A stretch of 64,000 bases of DNA from Fibrobacteria bacterium (lineage in GTDB: Bacteria; Fibrobacterota; Fibrobacteria; UBA5070), in assembly GCA_035913415.1 (NCBI GenBank), contig JAMIIV010000207.1:23498-87497 (forward strand), given 5' to 3'. Of the stretch, positions 57,506 through 64,000 are shown piece by piece (within the stretch, counting starts at the first letter, position 1; each line of letters starts with the position of its first letter). The position numbers and the translations under genes are program-made. The notes below the pieces were generated by a model. The model had not been told where the DNA came from and ran no database searches. It was given only the letters and a program-made list of their open reading frames with translations.

Positions 57506-58156
57506 TCACTCCGCCAGGTTTCGGCGATTCCGGGCCCGCCACCACCCGTGCAACCCATCCACCAGGCCCCACAGAACAGATCCCGCCACGGCCAGGGCCA
57601 TGTCCTTGTGGGCGTCCCAGGGATCGCCCTGCTGCCCGTTGTATCCCTCGGCGGCATCGGCCGAAAGGAGCAGCGTCAACGCCCATTCGAACAGTTCGTA
57701 GGCCAGGCTCGCGGCGGCCACCCATTGCACCACCAGGAGTCTGGCCGTGCGGGGCCGCGTCACCACGCGACGGAATCCGTCCATCAGGCGCGGCGACACC
57801 AGCACGCCGAACAGAAGATGTACCAGCCGGTCGAAATGGTTGCGCTCCCACCCGAACACCTCCGACAAGGTGTGCCCCGCGAGACTCCGGGCCCAGGTGT
57901 CGTAGGGCACGTACGAGTAGATCCAGCGCGCCGCGAACGCGTGCAGGAACATGAACCCCATCAGACAGCGGGAACTGGCCGTCGAGGCCGCACCTCGCGC
58001 GATTCCCGAAGCGATCCAGGCCGCGACCACGAGGGTCCCCGCGTGCTGCAGCGGCATCATCTCCGGATAGGGACTACCGATCGCCAGCGCCAGGCTTCCG
58101 GCCGACGCCACACCCAACTCGATCCAGGACTTCCGAAGCGAGGGCTTGGTGCTCAT
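57506..58156 (-). CDS. DUF2238-family (YjdF-like) inner-membrane protein
   Basis: Multi-TM protein. The FGWERNHFDRLVHLLFG region matches my recollection of DUF2238. Confidence 0.55.
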   Translation of the reverse strand: MSTKPSLRKSWIELGVASAGSLALAIGSPYPEMMPLQHAGTLVVAAWIASGIARGAASTASSRCLMGFMFLHAFAARWIYSYVPYDTWARSLAGHTLSEVFGWERNHFDRLVHLLFGVLVSPRLMDGFRRVVTRPRTARLLVVQWVAAASLAYELFEWALTLLLSADAAEGYNGQQGDPWDAHKDMALAVAGSVLWGLVDGLHGWWRARNRRNLAE

Positions 58157-58635
58157 GGAGCGTCGGGCATCTCGAAGACCTTCAGCGACTTGGCCATGCG
58201 CCCGATTTTGCCGTCGAAGAGCGGCCGATCCTTGTCCTGGTACTCGAGCTGGAAGACCACCCAGCGCCCTTGGGCGAGCTGCCGTCGTTCATAGACGATG
58301 CGCCCCTTGCGAAAGCCCGACACCACGCACCAGTCCTTCTTGGTCGTGCGCAGCACGACGGAATCGATTTCGGACGCATCGAAATCGCACGCCTCACCGA
58401 GGGTTTCCTCGGCGGCGTTCCACATTCCCCAGACGCGGATCTCCGCTCCCGTCGAACCCCGCCACGTCCGCCCATCGTCGTTTTCCGGCGGAGGCATTTC
58501 CTTCAATCCCGCCGGCACGTCCAGGCAGAAGGCGAAGCGCGCGTTGCAGTGGTTCACGTAGTCCTCGCGGGCGCCGGACGCCGAGGCAAGCAATGCGAGG
58601 GACAACAGGAATGCGGACAAGGCAGGAACAGACAT
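58153..58635 (-). CDS. Secreted hypothetical protein
   Basis: Start at MSVPALSAFLLSLALLASASG, a signal peptide. The upstream 5' part of the ORF is low-complexity and was rejected. Confidence 0.45.
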   Translation of the reverse strand: MSVPALSAFLLSLALLASASGAREDYVNHCNARFAFCLDVPAGLKEMPPPENDDGRTWRGSTGAEIRVWGMWNAAEETLGEACDFDASEIDSVVLRTTKKDWCVVSGFRKGRIVYERRQLAQGRWVVFQLEYQDKDRPLFDGKIGRMAKSLKVFEMPDAP

Positions 58636-58924
58636 GGGAAGAATCTCCGCTGGAGGATTCGCCGGCCGGGCCATTTCCGGGAGCGCCGAAAGATAGGCCC
58701 GCCCTGCAGGCCTGCTGCGGGGGGGCGGAAAGCGTAGGTCGCCCCAATCTCGCTCTTGGAAGACAATGACCGAAGTGAACCTCGCCCAGGTCCAGCCGCC
58801 GGATTCGACGGGACCTCCGTCGGGGGAATGCGATCGCTCAAGCGGCATTCCGCGCGGGGCACCACCGACGATGGCGCATATGAGAATGTATCTCATTTGC
58901 GCTGTCACGCAGAACGGAGCGCCC

Positions 58925-59332
58925 ATGAAGATCACCATCGAAACCCTCGTCGCCGCATCCATCGAACGCGTATGGGAGGCGTGGAACTCTCCCACCGACA
59001 TCGTGTCGTGGAACTTCGCCTCCGACGACTGGCGTTGCCCCTCGGCCCATGTGGACTTGCGCGTGGGCGGCACATTCGGAGCCAGGATGGAAGCCAAGGA
59101 CGGCTCCTTCGGCTTCGACTTCGAAGGCACCTATACCGTAGTGGACCACCTGCGGCGCCTGGAATACCGCATGGCAGATGACCGGACCGTGCAAGTAACC
59201 TTCGAGCCCGAGGCCGAAGGCGTCCGCGTCCGCGAGAGTTTCGATACCGAGGACACCAACGCCGCCGAGATGCAACGGGCCGGTTGGCAGGCCATCCTCG
59301 ACAATTTCCGCAAATACGTGGAAGCGGGCTGA
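58925..59332 (+). CDS. SRPBCC-superfamily protein (AHSA1/activator-of-Hsp90-ATPase-like)
   Basis: Start at MKITIETLVAASIERVWEAW. Typical SRPBCC N-terminus. Length 135 aa. Confidence 0.6.
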   Translation: MKITIETLVAASIERVWEAWNSPTDIVSWNFASDDWRCPSAHVDLRVGGTFGARMEAKDGSFGFDFEGTYTVVDHLRRLEYRMADDRTVQVTFEPEAEGVRVRESFDTEDTNAAEMQRAGWQAILDNFRKYVEAG

Positions 59333-59378
59333 CAGGCGGAACGAGGGCGTGCATCGAAGTCCTCGAGGCCGCTCTCCC

Positions 59379-59966
59379 TCACCACCGAACCCCCATCATC
59401 ACGCCCATGCGGAAATCGGGGTCCCACTCGTAGCGGAAATCGGAATGTTTCAGGTCGTCGGACGCACGCCCGGTCAACGACCAATCGTGGTGCGCCAATC
59501 CCCACCGAGCGTAGGGCTCCATGGTGGCGTGTTCGAAAAGTCCCCAGGTCAGGCCGCCCTCGATGCCTGCCGCCCAGGTCTCCACGTGCTGGCGGAAATC
59601 GTCCGAACCCCAGTCCCGGCGATCCTGGTAGGCGAAGGTGATGCGCCGCCAGCGACCATAGGCACCCAACTTCAGAGACCGCCATCCTGGTTCGTCGAAA
59701 GGGCGCATCCAGGCACTGGCCCAGAGGCCGCCCCCTCGCACCTGGACATCACCGGTTTCTTCGTCCACCCAACCGTTGAAGTTGGCGTACTCGCGATCCA
59801 TCCATTCCGGAGCAAGCCCCACACCCCATCCGTCGAACTCGTGGCCCACCTGCACGATGTGCGACTTCGTCTTTTCCAGCACCGGTCCCAGCAGGTCGTA
59901 CTGCACCTGCCACGCGCCACAGGTGCCGACCACGACCAGTGCCAGTGCAATTGCCCTGCAGTTCAT
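59379..59966 (-). CDS. Putative outer-membrane beta-barrel protein
   Basis: Signal peptide MNCRAIALALVVVGTCGA. W/Y-rich amphipathic strands and a terminal aromatic residue. Confidence 0.45.
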   Translation of the reverse strand: MNCRAIALALVVVGTCGAWQVQYDLLGPVLEKTKSHIVQVGHEFDGWGVGLAPEWMDREYANFNGWVDEETGDVQVRGGGLWASAWMRPFDEPGWRSLKLGAYGRWRRITFAYQDRRDWGSDDFRQHVETWAAGIEGGLTWGLFEHATMEPYARWGLAHHDWSLTGRASDDLKHSDFRYEWDPDFRMGVMMGVRW

Positions 59967-60305
59967 TTGGTTGTTCTTTCGCATCCCGAAAGTCCTAAGC
60001 ATTTTCCGGGCCATCCATCTGCATTCGCTTCACGGAAGAGGAACCTGCCGAAGTGAAGCCCTGTTCCTGCACCGTCTTCCGGCTCGAGCACATTTGCTCG
60101 ACACAACCTCGATCACCGCGAGGTCCGGTCGCCAGGACACAAGATTCGGAGGCTCCAGAGTCCTACAATCCATGCACTTTCCGCATGCATAAGACCACCA
60201 TTTCGCATCACGGCGCATGAAATCGAGGAAATATCTTCCTCCCTCGACACCCCTGGGCGACAGATGGCAACCATGCCCTCTCGCACCAGGCACAGAGGAT
60301 CCCCC

Positions 60306-61076
60306 ATGAGCGCCGTGATCTTCCTGGCCGTTGGCGTTGGCGCCGGCATCCTTTCCGGGCTCTTCGGGATCGGCGGGGGCAGCCTCATCGTGCCGTGCCT
60401 GATCGCCCTGGCCGGCATGGATGTGCTGCACGCCAGCGCCACGTCGCTGGCCGCGTTGCTGCTGCCCGTCGGCGCCCTGGGGGTGTGGCAGTACCACAAG
60501 GCCGGTCTGGTGCAGTGGAAGGTGGCGGGATGGCTTTCCGCCGGTCTGTTGCTGGGCTCGGCGCTGGGCGCACAGTTCGCGCTCTCGCTGCCCTCAGTCT
60601 GGCTGGAGCGTGCGTACGCGTGTTTCCTGCTCTACATCGCCCAAGGGTATCTGGGACTCGGGAAGATCCTGCGCGGCGAGTCCCTCGCCGAAGTCGAACC
60701 CGGGCCACGCCAGGAAGGGCACATCCCTGTTTGGCTGGCCACAGGCTTCGCCGCGGGCATCGTGGCGGGTCTGTTCGGCAAGGGCGGAGGCGTCGTCGTC
60801 GTCCCCATTCTGATGGCCTTCTACGCCTACCGCGCCAAGGAGGCGACAGGCACATCGCTGGCCGCCCTGCAACTGCCCGTCGGGCTTCCGGGAGTGCTGC
60901 TCTACGCGCGCAACGGCGTGCTCGACGTCCGTCTCGCCGGGTGGGTCGCTCTGGGCTTGGTCGCCGGCACGTTCTTTGGAACCCGCATCGCCATCGGCTT
61001 GAAACCCGCCCTGTTCAAGAAGCTCTTCGGAACCTTCCTGCTGGGCGTCTCGCTGTTTCTCTTCCTGCGGACCTGA
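60306..61076 (+). CDS. TauE/SafE-family (DUF81) sulfite/anion exporter
   Basis: Two internal repeats each with the GxGGG motif (GLFGIGGGSLIVP and GLFGKGGGVVVVP). Confidence 0.75.
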   Translation: MSAVIFLAVGVGAGILSGLFGIGGGSLIVPCLIALAGMDVLHASATSLAALLLPVGALGVWQYHKAGLVQWKVAGWLSAGLLLGSALGAQFALSLPSVWLERAYACFLLYIAQGYLGLGKILRGESLAEVEPGPRQEGHIPVWLATGFAAGIVAGLFGKGGGVVVVPILMAFYAYRAKEATGTSLAALQLPVGLPGVLLYARNGVLDVRLAGWVALGLVAGTFFGTRIAIGLKPALFKKLFGTFLLGVSLFLFLRT

Positions 61077-61085
61077 GGCCACACG

Positions 61086-61994
61086 ATGGCGAAACGATCC
61101 GACGGCGACCAACTGCTCCAGGAGCTTTGGGGAGGCTACGGGCGACTGGTGCGCCGGAGCACCCCCGAGGGGACGGAAATCGTCAAGGATGTCCGCTGGC
61201 CTCCGGGGAAGACCGACCTCTCGCACCGGCGCAAGCTGCGCTCCTACCAGGTGGAAGCGCACTGGTACCGGCACTGGGGTGCCAGGGTTCCCGCGGTGTG
61301 CCGGATTCCGTCGTGTCGCGAGGTGCGGACGCGACCCGACGGCATGGTCCTGCTGCTGGAGGATCTCGATGCGGCGGGGTACACCAGACGCAGCTCGCAC
61401 CTGGGGAGGGAAGACCTGCAAGGCGCCATCGACTGGTTGGCGCGCTTCCACGCGACCTTCCTGGGGATCCCGCCCGAGGGATTGTGGAAGGAAGGCTCGT
61501 ACTGGCATCTGGACACGCGTCCGGACGAATGGAAGGGCATGCCCGCGGGGCCGCTGCGGGACGCCGCGGCGGAGATCCATCGGAGGCTTTCCGGGGCGCG
61601 GTTCCGCACCATCGTCCACGGGGACGCCAAACCTGACAATTTCTGTCTCGGATCTCCGGGGAGCGTCGCGGCGGTGGATTTCCAGTACGTGGGAGGGGGG
61701 TGCGGCATGCGCGACCTGGCCTACCTGCTGGACGACTTTCGCGGCGGCGCCCTCGAGGAGGCTTCCACGCGTCCGGCGCTGGACCGGTACTTCCGCACTT
61801 TCCGGGAGGCCCTGGCCGGCAATCCCGCGCACGCCCCGTTCGCCGAAGAGATCGAGGCGGAATGGCGCGCGTTGTTCCCGGTGGCATGGCTGGATTTCCA
61901 GCGCTTCCTGCAAGGCTGGAGCTCCGCCTGCCGCCGTCCCTCGCCCGGCCTGGAACGAGCCATCCGCGCCGAGCTGGAGCGCCTGGGTCGCTGA
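61086..61994 (+). CDS. Protein-kinase-like phosphotransferase (APH/choline-kinase family)
   Basis: Brenner-type catalytic motif IVHGDAKPDNF and a DFQY-like metal-binding D. Confidence 0.6.
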   Translation: MAKRSDGDQLLQELWGGYGRLVRRSTPEGTEIVKDVRWPPGKTDLSHRRKLRSYQVEAHWYRHWGARVPAVCRIPSCREVRTRPDGMVLLLEDLDAAGYTRRSSHLGREDLQGAIDWLARFHATFLGIPPEGLWKEGSYWHLDTRPDEWKGMPAGPLRDAAAEIHRRLSGARFRTIVHGDAKPDNFCLGSPGSVAAVDFQYVGGGCGMRDLAYLLDDFRGGALEEASTRPALDRYFRTFREALAGNPAHAPFAEEIEAEWRALFPVAWLDFQRFLQGWSSACRRPSPGLERAIRAELERLGR

Positions 61995-62229
61995 ATCCGG
62001 GGCGGTGGGGCGATCCTGATCACGCATCGAGACCGTGCGCGTCCTGTCCGGAACAGCGGTGGTGAAGCGCTTGCTTTTTCCTGCTTCCAGGGTATGTTAG
62101 AGGAATGGTCAACCTGAAGATCCTTCTGCAGCCGGACATGAACCGGTTCCTCGCCGTCCCGGCCGCTGGTCGGGAGGGGTATTCCCGACGCGGAGGACTT
62201 CGGTAGGATCGACGCAGGTTGACCTTCCC

Positions 62230-62260
62230 AAAGCCCTCCCGCACCGGGAGGGCTTTTTTG
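62230..62260 (+). terminator. Rho-independent terminator
   Basis: AAAGCCCTCCCG-cacc-GGGAGGGCTTTTTTG: a perfect 11-bp stem and a T6 run. It lies about 235 nt downstream of the phosphotransferase stop. Confidence 0.5.
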
Positions 62261-62289
62261 TTGCATCCGAAACAGCGCAAGGAGACATC

Positions 62290-62577
62290 ATGCATTCGAC
62301 CGACAACTACACGGAACCCATCCGCCTCGGGTCCGTCGTGGACGTACTGTATCTGGACAAGGGGCTCCGCCGCGAACTTGCCGTCGTGGCGCCGCAGGAA
62401 GCCAATCCATTCAAAGGGAAGATGAGCGTGCGCTCTCCACTGTGCAGAGCGATCCTTGGGCAGAAGAGCGGCGACATCGTGGACCTGTCCGCACCAGGTG
62501 GGCGATTCAGAATCCAGATCATGGGAGTCCAGAACTCCGAGCCCGCCTGCGACGGAGACCAGCGCGAGGGTCCGTGA
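62290..62577 (+). CDS. GreA/GreB C-terminal-domain-like small protein (Rnk-like)
   Basis: The pattern LGSVVDVLYLDKG...VRSPLCRAILGQKSGDIVDL...G resembles the FKBP-like GreA C-terminal domain. Confidence 0.45.
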   Translation: MHSTDNYTEPIRLGSVVDVLYLDKGLRRELAVVAPQEANPFKGKMSVRSPLCRAILGQKSGDIVDLSAPGGRFRIQIMGVQNSEPACDGDQREGP

Positions 62578-62679
62578 GGGATTCGACGAGAAGCGGATGA
62601 CCACCCTGTCGGCGCACCTCCATCGCCACGGCCATCGCCGCGACCGAGTTGCCAGTGCCCGACAGGCTCGGGGGAATTC

Positions 62680-63993
62680 CTACCGCGATGGAACCACGAT
62701 TCGCACGGCCACGTCTTTGGCCGCATCGGGGGTGGCTATGTACACCCCCGGGCGGATCCCTGCCCGGGAGATCGTCGCCATCAGGCTTCGGCCTGCCGGG
62801 ACTTCCACCGATCCCGCATCGCGGCCCTGGAGATCCACGATCCGATAGGTCTCGGTGCGCGCGGCGATCCCTGTGCTCCGGGGTTCCACTCCCGTGGTTG
62901 CCGGGGTGATGGACAAACGATACCCGTAGAATTCGCTGGTCACGTTGACGGGCACGGTGAAGGATCCGTTCGTCACGGCAACTTTGGTGGATGACAGCGT
63001 GGTGGGCCCGTTGACCGGCGTGTCCTTGTTGGCCCAGGTGACCTGCTCGACCTTCACGTTCACGCTGGAGCCCATCCACGAGGGCACCCCGGTGACGTTC
63101 ACGTTCACGGTCCCGATGCTCTTGCCTCCCAGCACGATGCTCGCGAACTGCTGCGACTTGTCGACGTTGGCGAACGCATCGACACCATCGCTCTTGTCGT
63201 TGGGAGGAACGGTCTTGGCCATGTAGCCCGACATGTCGCCGTACCACTTGTAGAGATGCCAGCCTCCGCCCTTCTGGTTCCCGGAAGTCAGGAGGCTTCC
63301 CAGCCGCCCCGGCAAGGCCGTGAACCACCACGAAATCATGGCGCTCTCCACGCCGTGACGCTCGAACTTGGAAATGAACGGGACCGAGTATCCCGGCGAC
63401 CCTTCATAAGGGTCGCTGATCTTGGAGGAGTATTCGTTGATGCTGATCGCACGCGGGGTGATGCCCAGACTCTTCTCCAGGGCACGGTAATTTTCCAGAG
63501 CGCCGACAAATCCTGCCGAGCCCCACTGGTGCCAACTGATCACGTCCGGAAGACAGTTGTTGGCCTTGGCGAACTTGAGGAAGTCCGACATGCGCGTGCT
63601 GTTGTAGAACGAGAACGAGGGTCCGATGACCCGCATCCCGGGATCCTGGGACTTGATCAGGTCGTAGGTGGGTTTCCAACAGAGGGTATTGAAATCGCCA
63701 TTGGCGGCAGGCCAGGTGTCGGGGGGTTCGTTCCAGATCTCGTAGCCGTCCCAGTTGGTCAGACCCGAGGCCTTCTTGGCGGCGATGACGTTCTTCACTT
63801 CATTGAGCCAGGTGGTTTGGCCGGGCCACTTGTAGGGCCATCCCGGCAGGACGTCGGGCAGGCGGATCTGGACCTTGGTTCCCACGGACGCGACACGACG
63901 GGCCACCGGGATCGCGGCGCCGATGGGCTGTTGCCTCCCGGTGCCCGACAACGCCGGATTGGTGAGCGAACGGGGTTTCAGGGGAGCGACCAT
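62680..63993 (-). CDS. Clan GH-A glycoside hydrolase with T9SS-like C-terminal sorting domain (N-terminus may extend beyond the window)
   Basis: YEIWNEPP carries the catalytic acid/base NEP motif. ISWHQWG. The C-terminal tail is YRIVDLQGRDAGSVEV...GVYIATPDAAKDVAVRIVVPSR. The ORF reaches the window edge. Confidence 0.6.
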   Translation of the reverse strand: MVAPLKPRSLTNPALSGTGRQQPIGAAIPVARRVASVGTKVQIRLPDVLPGWPYKWPGQTTWLNEVKNVIAAKKASGLTNWDGYEIWNEPPDTWPAANGDFNTLCWKPTYDLIKSQDPGMRVIGPSFSFYNSTRMSDFLKFAKANNCLPDVISWHQWGSAGFVGALENYRALEKSLGITPRAISINEYSSKISDPYEGSPGYSVPFISKFERHGVESAMISWWFTALPGRLGSLLTSGNQKGGGWHLYKWYGDMSGYMAKTVPPNDKSDGVDAFANVDKSQQFASIVLGGKSIGTVNVNVTGVPSWMGSSVNVKVEQVTWANKDTPVNGPTTLSSTKVAVTNGSFTVPVNVTSEFYGYRLSITPATTGVEPRSTGIAARTETYRIVDLQGRDAGSVEVPAGRSLMATISRAGIRPGVYIATPDAAKDVAVRIVVPSR

Positions 63994-64000
63994 CCCATTG

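Noticed and set aside
1-64000. Mobile elements, prophage, CRISPR arrays
   Set aside because: No transposase, integrase or phage structural motif was recognised. No regularly spaced direct repeats. The only repeats found are the nnr 3'-end duplication and the (DRG)n codon repeat.

Overview
The window is a 64 kb, high-GC (about 68%) bacterial chromosomal segment that is densely coding on both strands. High GC produces many long spurious antisense ORFs. Genes were called by protein-like composition, recognisable motifs, signal peptides, and start/stop overlaps of the ATGA/GTGA type; I could not run any searches. No CRISPR array, no rRNA and no transposase or integrase gene was found.

Content from left to right:
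- A large hypothetical protein, a lipoprotein, a PEGA-repeat protein and an FG-GAP/beta-propeller protein with a T9SS-like C-terminal tail.
- An alpha-amylase (GH13), followed on the minus strand by an orphan GspE/PilB-type secretion ATPase, a CheY-like response regulator and a PAS histidine kinase.
- A 3-hydroxyisobutyrate-dehydrogenase-family oxidoreductase and a NYN plus OST-HTH protein with an Arg-Asp-Gly repeat tail.
- An operon of ABC-F ATPase, rhodanese, lipoprotein and DUF4349 protein.
- A PfkB kinase, the Nnr NAD(P)HX repair enzyme, glutathione peroxidase, and a polysaccharide or glycan gene cluster (GT4 glycosyltransferases, Wzx-type flippase, serine hydrolase, lipoprotein, zinc-ribbon protein, and two paralogous membrane proteins).
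- An AraC regulator, purT, an ABC-2 transporter, and a tightly overlapped six-gene operon.
- A compact RNA-repair locus, then assorted small secreted or membrane proteins, a TauE/SafE exporter, a kinase-like phosphotransferase and a partial clan GH-A glycoside hydrolase with a T9SS-like tail.

Most notable:
- The six-gene operon encodes two radical-SAM enzymes, a sulfatase-like hydrolase, a HAD phosphatase, an ATP-grasp-like protein and a WGR-LRR protein. It matches my recollection of the uncharacterised STM4011 to STM4015 family cluster.
- It sits directly downstream of rtcR. rtcR lies divergent from a sigma-54 promoter that drives a tRNA-like leader RNA, rsr (Ro60), candidate Y RNAs carrying a permuted tRNA-like module, and rtcB.
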